Shown here: one piece after another, positions 26,362-35,687 of the stretch
Layout of the letters: each line of letters opens with the position of its first letter
Numbering within the stretch: position 1 is the stretch's first letter
Assembly (NCBI GenBank): GCA_017440585.1
Contig: JAFSGW010000028.1
Coordinates: forward strand, 1,429-65,428
Length of the DNA stretch: 64,000 nucleotides
Reading direction: 5' to 3'
Origin: Clostridia bacterium
Lineage (GTDB): Bacteria > Bacillota > Clostridia > UMGS1883
The notes under the pieces: generated by a model
The model's database searches: none
What the model saw: only the letters and a program-made list of their open reading frames with translations
What the model was told of the DNA's origin: nothing
Translations under genes and position numbers: made by a program

Positions 26362-27573
26362 ATGAGTCTTATAGTACAGAAATTCGGTGGCTCTTCCGTA
26401 GCAAACGCCGAAAGAATTTTCAATGTTGCATCACGTATTATTGAAACCTATGACAACGGCAACGATGTTGTGGTTGTTGTAAGTGCACAGGGTGATACAA
26501 CAGACGACCTTATTGCAAAAGCAAAGGAAATTAACGACCGTGCTTCAAAAAGAGAAATGGACTCTCTTCTTTGTGCAGGCGAACAGATTTCCATGAGCCT
26601 TCTTGCAATGGCTATTCAGAAACTGGGCAGACCTGCAATTTCCCTTACGGGCTGGCAGGCAGGAATGGTTACAGACAGCAACTATTCCAAAGCACGTGTT
26701 CGCCGTGTAACGGGCGAAAGAATACGCCGTGAGCTTGACAACAGAAACATTGTTATTGTGGCAGGCTTCCAGGGTGTTAATAAGTACGACGATATCACAA
26801 CCTTAGGCCGTGGCGGCAGTGATACAAGTGCAGTTGCAATTGCGGCAGCATTGGGAGCCGACCTTTGCCAGATTTATACTGATGTTACGGGCGTGTTCAC
26901 ATCTGACCCCCGAATTGTAAAGGACGCGAAGAAGCTTGATACAATAAGCTACGATGAAATGCTTGAGCTTGCCAGTTTGGGTGCAAACGTTCTTCACAAC
27001 CGCTCTGTTGAGCTTGCTAAGAAATTTAACGTTAATCTTGAAGTATTGTCGAGCCTTGTAAAAGAACCCGGCACAATTGTTAAGGAGGAAACTAATATGG
27101 AAAAAATGTTGGTGCGTGGTGTTGCACGCGATAATGATGTAGCGAGAATTTCACTTTGTAATGTTGAGGATACACCCGGTAAGGCTTTCCAGGTGTTCAG
27201 CCTTCTTGCAAAGCATAAGATAAGTGTTGATATTATCCTTCAGTCTATCGGTCGTGATAACAAGAAGGACATCAGCTTCACAGTTGACCTTGACGCACTT
27301 GACGGTGCACTTAAGGTTCTTGAAGAAAACAACGGTATTATCGGTGCAGAAAGCATTGTTCACTATGACAATGTTTCCAAGATTTCCATTGTTGGTGCAG
27401 GCATGGTATCTAACCCCGGTGTTGCTGCTACAATGTTTGAAGCACTTTACAACGCTGATATCAACATTCAGATGATTTCCACATCCGAAATGAAGATAAG
27501 CGTGCTTATCGAACAGGAGCATGCTGAAAAGGCTGTAAAGGCTATTCACGATAAGTTCCACCTTGGTGAATAA
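26362..27573 (+). CDS. lysC: aspartate kinase
   Basis: 403 aa. N-terminus MSLIVQKFGGSSV and two C-terminal ACT domains. Confidence 0.9.
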   Translation: MSLIVQKFGGSSVANAERIFNVASRIIETYDNGNDVVVVVSAQGDTTDDLIAKAKEINDRASKREMDSLLCAGEQISMSLLAMAIQKLGRPAISLTGWQAGMVTDSNYSKARVRRVTGERIRRELDNRNIVIVAGFQGVNKYDDITTLGRGGSDTSAVAIAAALGADLCQIYTDVTGVFTSDPRIVKDAKKLDTISYDEMLELASLGANVLHNRSVELAKKFNVNLEVLSSLVKEPGTIVKEETNMEKMLVRGVARDNDVARISLCNVEDTPGKAFQVFSLLAKHKISVDIILQSIGRDNKKDISFTVDLDALDGALKVLEENNGIIGAESIVHYDNVSKISIVGAGMVSNPGVAATMFEALYNADINIQMISTSEMKISVLIEQEHAEKAVKAIHDKFHLGE

Positions 27574-27586
27574 TCGGAGCGATGGT

Positions 27587-30016
27587 ATGAATTATTCAGT
27601 AATGACCGAACGAGAGGTCGAGATTGAACTTTCTACAAGTGTGAGCGAAGGACTTACGTCCTTCGCGGCACACGATAAGCTTATTGAAAACGGCAGAAAT
27701 ATGCCCGAGAGAGCTTATACAAAAAGCATTGCAACAGTAGTTCTGATGCAGTTTACAAATTTATATACCATAGCTTTTTTAGTTATGGGTGTTATAAGTG
27801 CCCTCTGCGACTTTAAGGGTAGCATGGGTGCATGGATTATCTTTTTTGCCGTTGCCGTTTCAAATATGGTAAGCGGCTTTTTGCGCGATTATACGGAAAG
27901 AAAAAATGCAGTTGATTTTGACACCCGCAGAGGTGATGAGGTTACCATTATCCGTGATGCAACCTATATGAAAACTGACCCCACACTTCTTGTTAAGGGT
28001 GATATTGTAGTCCTTAATGAGGGGGATTTTGTTCCTGCGGATATAAGAATTCTTCAGTGTGAGGATTTAAAGGCGGACGAGTCCATATTCAAGGGCAGAA
28101 GAGTACCCGTTGATAAGGTGAGCGAAAAGTGCGACGAAGAGAGTGACCGGGCTGAATGCAGAAACATTCTTTACTGCGGAAGCACTGTTGCATCGGGCAC
28201 CTGTGTTGGTGCAGTTATTGCCACAGCAAAGGACACGGTTCTTGCAAAGGTGAGAGCAAGCAGGTCAAGAAAGCTGGACATGCACGACAAATTCGGAAAG
28301 AATGCCACAAGCGAAAAAGTGCTTGTTATAGTGGCAATTATGGCGGCTATGATTACCCTTTCCATAACCTCAATTGCAACAAAGAGTGTGCCTTACGGTC
28401 TTTTGCAGGCATGCACGGTTGCTATGTGCGTTCTGCCTGCTCCCGTGTGCCTTGTGAGAATGCTGGGCGTGTGGGTGTGCTCAAAAAGGCTTGAGGGCGA
28501 CCATGTTAAAACAGAGCATAAGGACTTTGCCTATGATATAGGCATGGGAGAATACTTCCTTTTTGACAAGGGCGGGCTTCTGACAAATAACGAAACAACC
28601 CTTGAAAGGGAGGTTATTGCCGATGAGGGAAAAACCGAAATGGCTGTCATTTGCAGTGACCTGGAATATATAGGCGATGTTCTTACCGGCAATGATATGG
28701 ATATGGCAACGGCACGTGCCCTTTCAGAGAAGGGAATTGACGTTGCAAAGCTTTTGAAGGAAAACAAGAAGATAAGATTTATGCCCTTTGACGAGAAAAG
28801 AATGCTTATGGCTGCCCTGACCAAAGCAGAGAGTGGCTACAGACTTATTGTAAAGGGCTCTGTTGAAGCGGTGCCCACCTTGTGCACAGCACTTTGCGAC
28901 AAGGACGGAATAATGGAAATGACGGGCGAGCTTTTACACAGAATAGAGAATATATCCTCCTCAATGGCTGAGGAAGGGCTTAAGGTAAGAGCTCTGGCAT
29001 ATAAGGATATTGACTATATCCCCGAGGATATTGAAAGCGAAATAAAGGCACTTTCCTTTGTGGGTGTGCTTGGCTACCGTGAGCCTCTTGCAAGGCGTGC
29101 AAAGGAATCGATAAGGAAAATTGAAAGAGTGTTTGTAAGGCCTGTTATGGTAACGGGTGACCATGTTATAACTGCTGCTGCCTTTGCAAAGGGGGCGGGG
29201 CTTATAAAGAAAGAGGATGAATGCATAAGCTTCCATGAGCTTGCAGAATGCAGTGATGAAGAACTTCTGGCAGCGGTTGACAAGTATAAGGTGTTTTCTT
29301 CTGCAACAGGTGCTGACCGTGAAAGGCTTGTGAGAGTGCTTTCGGAAAACGGTCACAGTGTGATTGTGGCAGGAGAGCAGATGACTGCCCCTTCTGTAAA
29401 GCTTTATGCAAATGTGTCCTTTGGTGACGATGAAGAAAAGGACTTTGACGTAACTGTTAAAAAGTGCGATATTGAAAATGTGGCAGAGGCGGTTTACAAG
29501 TCAAGATGCACCAGAGGAAACCTTCAGTATGCCTCAAGCCTTGCCATAAGCGTGGGCTTTGCGGAAATGCTTGTGATGCTCTTTATGCTCATGACGGGAA
29601 GCTTCATGTTACCTTCGGCAATTGTAATGCTTACAGCAAACCTTGTTATTGTGTTTGTGCCCTGCATGGTAATTACCTTGTGTGCAAGTGTGCATCAGAG
29701 GCTTGGTGAAGATACACTTTTTGCATTAAGATGTGCTTTATGCGGAATTATATGTGCTCTTTTTGCTCTTTTGACAAAGGATTTTATTGCATTTATGCTT
29801 ATTTACTCTCTGGTTGATGCAGCGAGGGTTTGTGCGATGTTTAATAACCTTGAAAAGGGCAGATGGGGTATCTGGGGCATTATTGCAGCAGTAGTTGCAT
29901 TTATACTTGTGTGCCTTGTAATGAAACCTGCGGTGAATGTAATTCTCTTAGCTGTGCTTGCGGCATTTTTGGGTGCACTGTTACCTTATATTAAGCTGAA
30001 GGGATTGAAAAAGTAA
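27587..30016 (+). CDS. P-type ATPase-like membrane protein with degenerate catalytic motifs (putative pseudo-ATPase)
   Basis: Cation-ATPase N-terminal region, PADIRIL, MVTGD hinge and about 10 TM. TGES reads ADESIFKGRR. DKTGTLT reads DKGGLLT. GDGxNDxP reads AGEQMTAPS. RBS GGAG lies 7 nt before the ATG at 27587; the track ORF starts at a TTG at 27563. The stop overlaps the rlmB ATG. Confidence 0.65.
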   Translation: MNYSVMTEREVEIELSTSVSEGLTSFAAHDKLIENGRNMPERAYTKSIATVVLMQFTNLYTIAFLVMGVISALCDFKGSMGAWIIFFAVAVSNMVSGFLRDYTERKNAVDFDTRRGDEVTIIRDATYMKTDPTLLVKGDIVVLNEGDFVPADIRILQCEDLKADESIFKGRRVPVDKVSEKCDEESDRAECRNILYCGSTVASGTCVGAVIATAKDTVLAKVRASRSRKLDMHDKFGKNATSEKVLVIVAIMAAMITLSITSIATKSVPYGLLQACTVAMCVLPAPVCLVRMLGVWVCSKRLEGDHVKTEHKDFAYDIGMGEYFLFDKGGLLTNNETTLEREVIADEGKTEMAVICSDLEYIGDVLTGNDMDMATARALSEKGIDVAKLLKENKKIRFMPFDEKRMLMAALTKAESGYRLIVKGSVEAVPTLCTALCDKDGIMEMTGELLHRIENISSSMAEEGLKVRALAYKDIDYIPEDIESEIKALSFVGVLGYREPLARRAKESIRKIERVFVRPVMVTGDHVITAAAFAKGAGLIKKEDECISFHELAECSDEELLAAVDKYKVFSSATGADRERLVRVLSENGHSVIVAGEQMTAPSVKLYANVSFGDDEEKDFDVTVKKCDIENVAEAVYKSRCTRGNLQYASSLAISVGFAEMLVMLFMLMTGSFMLPSAIVMLTANLVIVFVPCMVITLCASVHQRLGEDTLFALRCALCGIICALFALLTKDFIAFMLIYSLVDAARVCAMFNNLEKGRWGIWGIIAAVVAFILVCLVMKPAVNVILLAVLAAFLGALLPYIKLKGLKK

Positions 30017-30747
30017 TGTACGATGATATTATTGAAGGCAGAAATGCCGTTACTGCTGCACTTAAAAGCGGCAGACAGATAGATAAGCTTTACGTAAGAC
30101 GAGGGGAAAACAAGGGAAGCATGCTTCCTATAATTGCAAAGGCAAAGGAAAGAGGCATTCCCGTTGTGGAAATTGACAGGGCAAAGCTTGACTCCATGAG
30201 CGAGACGGGTGTACATCAGGGCGTTATTGCAAGAATACCTCCTTACGAATACAAAACCGTTGACGATATTTTAAATATTGCCCGTGAAAAGGGAGAGCCT
30301 CCCTTTATTGTTATTCTGGACCATCTTGAAGACCCTCATAACCTGGGAAGCATTATCCGTACTGCAAACTGTGCAGGTGTGCACGGGGTTATTATTTCAA
30401 AGCATGACGGCGTTACACTTACTGCGGCGGCTGTTAAGGCAAGTGCAGGTGCGGCAAGCTTTACTCCCGTGGCGAGGGTTAACAACATTGCCCAGACAGT
30501 TGACTATCTGAAGGAGCAGGGCATCTGGGTAACAGGTGCTGATGCTGCAGGTGACAGAAGCATCTACGAGGCAGACCTCAAGGGGGCAGTTGCCCTTGTT
30601 GTTGGCGGCGAGGATAAGGGTATAAGCCGTCTTACAGCATCCAAGTGCGACTTTTTGGTGGGCATACCCATGAAGGGCGATGTAAACAGTCTTAATGCGT
30701 CTGTTGCGGCAGCGCTGATGATTTATGAAACAATGAAGCAGAGATAA
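30016..30747 (+). CDS. rlmB: 23S rRNA (guanosine-2'-O)-methyltransferase RlmB (SpoU/TrmH family)
   Basis: 243 aa. N-terminal substrate-binding domain and SPOUT motifs (LDHLEDPHNLGSIIRTA, GGEDKGIS, LNASVAAALMIYE). Confidence 0.8.
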   Translation: MYDDIIEGRNAVTAALKSGRQIDKLYVRRGENKGSMLPIIAKAKERGIPVVEIDRAKLDSMSETGVHQGVIARIPPYEYKTVDDILNIAREKGEPPFIVILDHLEDPHNLGSIIRTANCAGVHGVIISKHDGVTLTAAAVKASAGAASFTPVARVNNIAQTVDYLKEQGIWVTGADAAGDRSIYEADLKGAVALVVGGEDKGISRLTASKCDFLVGIPMKGDVNSLNASVAAALMIYETMKQR

Positions 30748-30767
30748 CAGAAAGGAATGACACTATT

Positions 30768-31037
30768 ATGAAAGCTGTTGTTGCAGTAATCGGTCAGGAC
30801 AGAAAAGGTATTATAGCAAAGGTGAGCACACTTTTGTATGAAAGAAACGTAAATATTATCGATATTTCCCAGACAATTATGGAGGATATGTTTGTTATGA
30901 CCGCCATGGTTGACACAAAGGAATGCAATGTTGAATTTGATGTGCTCCGTCACGAGCTTGCAGATCTGGGCAGTGAAATAGGTGTGCAGATTACAATTCA
31001 GCGTAAGACAATATTTGAGTCTATGCACAGAATCTGA
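30768..31037 (+). CDS. ACT domain-containing protein (UPF0237 family)
   Basis: 89 aa. [23 protein letters not shown] is the typical UPF0237 N-terminus. Confidence 0.8.
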   Translation: MKAVVAVIGQDRKGIIAKVSTLLYERNVNIIDISQTIMEDMFVMTAMVDTKECNVEFDVLRHELADLGSEIGVQITIQRKTIFESMHRI

Positions 31038-31048
31038 GAGGTGGCAAA

Positions 31049-32389
31049 ATGATAAACAATTCTGAAATTTTTGAAACCCTCAATATGATTAACTCCGAGC
31101 ACCTTGACGTGAGAACAATTACAATGGGTATTTCACTTTTAGACTGTGCAAGCGAGGATTATAAAAAGGCAACCGTTAAGGTTTACGACAAAATTACAAA
31201 ATATGCCGAAAACCTTGTTAAAACGGGCTGTGACATTGAAAAGGAATTTGGTATTCCCATTATTAACAAGCGTATTTCCGTAACTCCCATATCCCACGTG
31301 GCAGCTTCCTGCGGTCACTATGTGGACTTTGCAAGGGCATTGGACCGTGCGGCAGAAACAACGGGTGTTAACTTTATAGGCGGTTACAGTGCACTTGTGG
31401 CAAAGGGTTATACTGCATCTGACAGGCTCTTTGTTGAGTCTATCCCCGAGGCACTCTCTGAAACAAAAAGAATGTGCTCCTCTGTTAATGTGGCAAGCAC
31501 AAAGGCAGGCATTAACATGGATGCCGTAAGGCAGATGGGTCAGGTAATAAAAAGAGCCTCCGAGCTTGACGATATGGCATGTGCAAAGCTTGTTGTTTTT
31601 GCAAATGCCGTTGAGGATAACCCCTTCATGGCAGGTGCTTTCCATGGCACGGGCGAGGGCGAATGTGTAATTAACGTTGGCGTATCGGGCCCCGGTGTTG
31701 TAAAGTGTGCACTGGAAAAGGTTAAGGGCGAGCCCTTCGGTGTTGTGGCAGACACAATAAAGAAAACTGCCTTCAAGATAACGAGAATGGGTCAGATGGT
31801 TGCTGTTGAAGCCTCAAAGAGACTTGGCGTGCCCTTCGGCATTGTGGATTTGTCTTTGGCACCCACCCCTGCCGTTGGTGACTCTGTTGCATATATTTTA
31901 GAGGAGATGGGTCTTGAACAGTGCGGTACTCACGGTACAACTGCGGCACTTGCTCTTCTTAACGATGCGGTTAAAAAGGGCGGCGTTATGGCATCGAGCT
32001 ATGTTGGCGGTCTTTCAGGTGCATTTATTCCCGTAAGTGAGGATGCAGGCATGATTGAAGCTGCAAGAAGCGGCTGTTTGACACTTGAAAAGCTTGAGGC
32101 TATGACCTGTGTATGCTCCGTTGGTCTTGACATGATAGCTGTGCCCGGTGATACAACTGCGGAAACCATTTCAGGTATTATTGCAGACGAAGCGGCAATA
32201 GGTATGGTTAACAGCAAGACAACAGCTGTAAGAATTATTCCTGCAAAGGGCAAGACGGTTGGCGATACTGTTGAATTCGGCGGTCTTTTAGGCTCAGGCC
32301 CCGTTATGGCACTTAATAACAAGTCCTGTGCGGACTTTATTGCACGCGGAGGAAGAATTCCTGCACCGCTGCAGAGCCTTAAGAATTAA
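31049..32389 (+). CDS. UPF0210 / DUF711 (PFL-like) family protein
   Basis: 446 aa. N-terminus [33 protein letters not shown] is the UPF0210 signature. Conserved partner of the UPF0237 ACT protein. Confidence 0.8.
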   Translation: MINNSEIFETLNMINSEHLDVRTITMGISLLDCASEDYKKATVKVYDKITKYAENLVKTGCDIEKEFGIPIINKRISVTPISHVAASCGHYVDFARALDRAAETTGVNFIGGYSALVAKGYTASDRLFVESIPEALSETKRMCSSVNVASTKAGINMDAVRQMGQVIKRASELDDMACAKLVVFANAVEDNPFMAGAFHGTGEGECVINVGVSGPGVVKCALEKVKGEPFGVVADTIKKTAFKITRMGQMVAVEASKRLGVPFGIVDLSLAPTPAVGDSVAYILEEMGLEQCGTHGTTAALALLNDAVKKGGVMASSYVGGLSGAFIPVSEDAGMIEAARSGCLTLEKLEAMTCVCSVGLDMIAVPGDTTAETISGIIADEAAIGMVNSKTTAVRIIPAKGKTVGDTVEFGGLLGSGPVMALNNKSCADFIARGGRIPAPLQSLKN

Positions 32390-32424
32390 TTAGCAATTAG
32401 TAATTGGCAATGAGCAATTAATGA
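32390..32424 (+). repeat. tandem heptamer array TTAGCAA TTAGTAA TTGGCAA TGAGCAA TTAATGA immediately after the stop codon
   Basis: Five 7-nt units with stop codons in all frames. The same heptamer family recurs at 58175-58268. Confidence 0.5.
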
Positions 32425-32458
32425 AAAAACTCCCCGAAATTTTTTCGGGGAGTTTTAG
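32425..32458. terminator. bidirectional rho-independent terminator
   Basis: Perfect palindrome AAAACTCCCCGAAA-TTTT-TTCGGGGAGTTTT. Confidence 0.7.
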
Positions 32459-32490
32459 TTTTAAATGGATAGGAAAAATCGTTTGGAATT

Positions 32491-32577
32491 GACAAACCGA
32501 AGGAAAACACGGAATCCGCTCCGTGTTTGACCGTTGCCCGAAGGCGTACAGGGGTACGCCGAGCGGTGAGGTTTGTC
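32491..32577. other. three-way-junction structured element (closing stem GACAAACC/GGTTTGTC with two internal hairpins)
   Basis: Hairpin AACACGGA-ATCCGC-TCCGTGTT and hairpin GGCGTAC-AGGG-GTACGCC, inside an 8-bp closing stem. Flanked by terminators at 32425-32458 and 32603-32629. Confidence 0.3.
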
Positions 32578-32602
32578 GATAGCAAAAGGCGTAAGATAAT
32601 AG

Positions 32603-32629
32603 AAAGCCGTCGCATTTTGCGACGGCTTT
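32603..32629 (-). terminator. terminator hairpin downstream of the AraC-family gene
   Basis: AAAGCCGTCGC-ATTTT-GCGACGGCTTT. Confidence 0.45.
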
Positions 32630-32722
32630 CCACATTAATAAAAACAAGTGATTATCAAAAGTATCAAAAAATTCTTGTAATTCATCTATGCCTTTTGCGG
32701 TCCAAACGATTTTAACATCCGT

Positions 32723-33544
32723 TTATTTGAAAATTTTCATGGCATTCAGTTCACGCCACTTTGTGGGCGACATGCCGAAGGTGCGGTGGAATGCCTTTGT
32801 AAAGTCAAGGGGGTCATCATAGCCCACAGCCATGGCAACATCACGGATGGGAAGGTTTGAATAAGTGAGGAAGCTTTTTGCAATATCCATATGATAGTTG
32901 TAAATGTATTTTTTAATGGATATGCCCATGCACTCATTGAAAACCCTTGAAAGATAGCTGCGGTCAATGTTGAGATAATCTGCCACATCGGAAACGGTGG
33001 TTTTCTTTTCACTGTTGGATATAATATATTCAATGGCAGGCTCTATATATTTTTCCCATACGCTCTGGCTTGTCTGCTCCTTACGGCAGATGGCATCGGC
33101 AAGAAGCCAGCTGTAGCCGTTAATTTCCTTACCGCTCATTTTGCCCTTGTCAGTCATTTCCTTTAAAAGGTTGCCTATTCTTCCGTCGGAATAGTCAGAA
33201 ACAACGGGGCGTGTAAGCGAAAAGCCCGTTGATGAAATAAACTTATCAAAGTTGGTACCCGAAATATCCACCCAGCGGTAGGTGCAGGGGTTTTCGTGGG
33301 AGGAGGTGTAGTTATATATGTTTCCGGGAGTTATAATAAACATCTGATTGGGGCCTACACGGTAGGACTTTGAATCGGTTTCAAAGATGCACTCGCCCTC
33401 ATAGATATAATGAAGCACATAATTTTTACGGGAAATATAACCGGGAGAAAAGCCCGGAGAGCAGATGCGGTAGCCATAGTTATTTATACGGACGGTATAG
33501 TCCTTAGGTTCATGATTATAATAGGTTTTAAAGGTGGGATTCAT
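32723..33544 (-). CDS. AraC family transcriptional regulator (cupin sensor plus HTH)
   Basis: 273 aa. C-terminal AraC-type HTH pair. N-terminal cupin-like domain. Confidence 0.8.
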   Translation of the reverse strand: MNPTFKTYYNHEPKDYTVRINNYGYRICSPGFSPGYISRKNYVLHYIYEGECIFETDSKSYRVGPNQMFIITPGNIYNYTSSHENPCTYRWVDISGTNFDKFISSTGFSLTRPVVSDYSDGRIGNLLKEMTDKGKMSGKEINGYSWLLADAICRKEQTSQSVWEKYIEPAIEYIISNSEKKTTVSDVADYLNIDRSYLSRVFNECMGISIKKYIYNYHMDIAKSFLTYSNLPIRDVAMAVGYDDPLDFTKAFHRTFGMSPTKWRELNAMKIFK

Positions 33545-33702
33545 TCAAAAACCTCCTTGTTTATGCGAAAATTTTTATATTTTAAAAATAACAAAAAAAA
33601 GGCTTTTTGTCAAGGTGGGAAACAAAAGTTTAACATAATATATTGACCCGATAGTGTAAAAGTGGTAGAATTACTGCAAAAAGATGCGAAAGGATGTTAT
33701 TT

Positions 33703-34140
33703 ATGGAATTTAAAACACTTCAGCAGGATATGATTGCGGCTATGAAGGCTCACGATAAAACCACAAAGGATGCAGTATCCAGCCTTATTGCGGCAATAAA
33801 AAAGGTTGCCATAGATGAGGGCGTAAGAGAAAATATTACAGAGGAAATCTGCGACAGAGTTATTTTAAAGGAATTGAAAACTATTAAGGAGCAGATTGAT
33901 ACATGCCCCGAGGCTCGCAACGATTTAAGAGAAGCATATCAGGCAACATACGATATTATTGCAAAGTATGCACCCAAAATGCTTAGTGCCGATGAGGTTA
34001 AGGAAATTATTTTAAGAGACTTTGCAGAAGTTGTGGCATCAAAGAACAAGGGCATGATAATGAAGAACGTTATGGGTGCATTGAAGGGCAAGGCAGAGGG
34101 CAGTGTGATTAACGCTGTTGTTGCATCCCTTTGTGAATAA
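33703..34140 (+). CDS. GatB/YqeY domain-containing protein
   Basis: Track ORF starts 33694. AAAGGA RBS favours the ATG at 33703 (MEFKTLQQDMIAAMKAHDK). YqeY family pattern. Confidence 0.7.
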   Translation: MEFKTLQQDMIAAMKAHDKTTKDAVSSLIAAIKKVAIDEGVRENITEEICDRVILKELKTIKEQIDTCPEARNDLREAYQATYDIIAKYAPKMLSADEVKEIILRDFAEVVASKNKGMIMKNVMGALKGKAEGSVINAVVASLCE

Positions 34141-34150
34141 GGAGAAGGCT

Positions 34151-35653
34151 ATGGCTATTAAAATAAATGGTGTTACGGGTACGGGCGTTAAAAAGTATAA
34201 TGTTATAGTTGACTATTCACAGCATTATATATTGCTTCCCATTGTGCCCGGCGGAGATCTGAATATTACTGATGTGAGCTTTGATACAGATGCTGATGTA
34301 AGGCGCTTAGGCGAGGTTGACAAGGAGGGTCACATTAAGTTTTTGTTTACCGAAGGAAGCTTAAGTGAGGAATGGACTGTTGCCGTAAAGGAATGGGGTA
34401 ATGCAATTACGGGACAGTTCGGCTGCTTTGCCGATGCAGAGGCAGACTGCTTTGACGGTAAGTATTATGTTTATCCTACCAGTGACGGCTTTGCAGGCTG
34501 GGGCGGATACTACTTCAAGGCATTTTCCTCTCCTGATCTGGTTAACTGGACAGATGAGGGCGTTATCCTTGACTTGAAGGAGGACGTAAGCTGGTCTGAC
34601 GGTAATGCATGGGCTCCCTGTATTATTAAAAAGAACGGAAAGTATTATTACTACTACAGTGCAAATACAGACAAGTTTGAGAAAAACGTTGGCAAGGCTG
34701 TGGGCGTTGCTGTTTGTGATACCCCTTCGGGAAAATTTGTTGAACCCTTGGGACACCCCCTTGTGTACAATACAATGGTTATAGAGGACGAAGAGGGCAA
34801 TAAGAAGGAAATGCGTTATCCCGGTCAGGTTATTGACCCTGCAGTATTTACAGACCCTGAAACAGGCAAAAGCTACCTTTACTGGGGCAACGGCTCTATG
34901 TGGGTTTGCGAATTGAATGAAGATATGATTTCCTTAAAGGGTGAGCCAAGATGCATTACACCTCCCAACTTCCGTGAGGCGGCACATGTTTTCTACAGAA
35001 AGGGTATTTATTACTTCACCTGGTCTGAGGATGACACAAGAAGCAAGAACTATCACGTGAGATGGGGCTATTCCGATAATCCTATGGGACCCATTATAGG
35101 CAATGAAATTATGATTGAAAAGGACGAAAGCCACGGCATTTACGGCACGGGGCATCACACAATCATAAATGTGCCCGGCACGGATAAATGGTACATACTT
35201 TATCATAGATTTAATTTCCCCGCACGTTTTGAGGGCGAATTCAGCGACTATTACGGTGTACACCGTGAATTGGCCATGGACAAATTCACCTTCGATGATA
35301 ACGGCAGGATAGTAAAGACAAAGCCCACATTGGAGGGTGTTACAGAGGGTGAGGAGTTCAATAACCTTGCAAAGATAGTTCGTCATACCAACCTTGACGG
35401 AATTGACGAGGGTGAAATTATTGAGGGCGTGGTTGAAATCCAGTCAGGTGAATGTGAAACCGAGATGGATGTTATAATGGAACTGTATGACTATCAGTCC
35501 AATCTGGTTGCGACAGAGGTTGAAAGAGTTAATGTCGGTCAGTTTACAACAAATAGCATTACACTTAAAATTGAAGCCCCCGAAAAAATGAGAGGGCACT
35601 ACCTTGAGTTTTTCACAGATGACGGTATGGAAGTGAAAAAGCTTACTTATTAA
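34151..35653 (+). CDS. glycoside hydrolase family 43 protein (beta-xylosidase / alpha-L-arabinofuranosidase-like)
   Basis: RBS AAGGAGAAGG before the ATG at 34151. GH43 five-bladed propeller motifs (YYVYPTSDG, AWAPCIIKKNGKYYYYYS, DPAVFTD) plus N- and C-terminal extra domains. Confidence 0.8.
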   Translation: MAIKINGVTGTGVKKYNVIVDYSQHYILLPIVPGGDLNITDVSFDTDADVRRLGEVDKEGHIKFLFTEGSLSEEWTVAVKEWGNAITGQFGCFADAEADCFDGKYYVYPTSDGFAGWGGYYFKAFSSPDLVNWTDEGVILDLKEDVSWSDGNAWAPCIIKKNGKYYYYYSANTDKFEKNVGKAVGVAVCDTPSGKFVEPLGHPLVYNTMVIEDEEGNKKEMRYPGQVIDPAVFTDPETGKSYLYWGNGSMWVCELNEDMISLKGEPRCITPPNFREAAHVFYRKGIYYFTWSEDDTRSKNYHVRWGYSDNPMGPIIGNEIMIEKDESHGIYGTGHHTIINVPGTDKWYILYHRFNFPARFEGEFSDYYGVHRELAMDKFTFDDNGRIVKTKPTLEGVTEGEEFNNLAKIVRHTNLDGIDEGEIIEGVVEIQSGECETEMDVIMELYDYQSNLVATEVERVNVGQFTTNSITLKIEAPEKMRGHYLEFFTDDGMEVKKLTY

Positions 35654-35655
35654 AA

Positions 35656-35687
35656 CGAAAAGGCACCTTTGAAAGGTGCCTTTTATG
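35656..35687. terminator. bidirectional rho-independent terminator
   Basis: AAAAGGCACCTTTGAAAGGTGCCTTTT palindrome between convergent genes. Confidence 0.65.
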
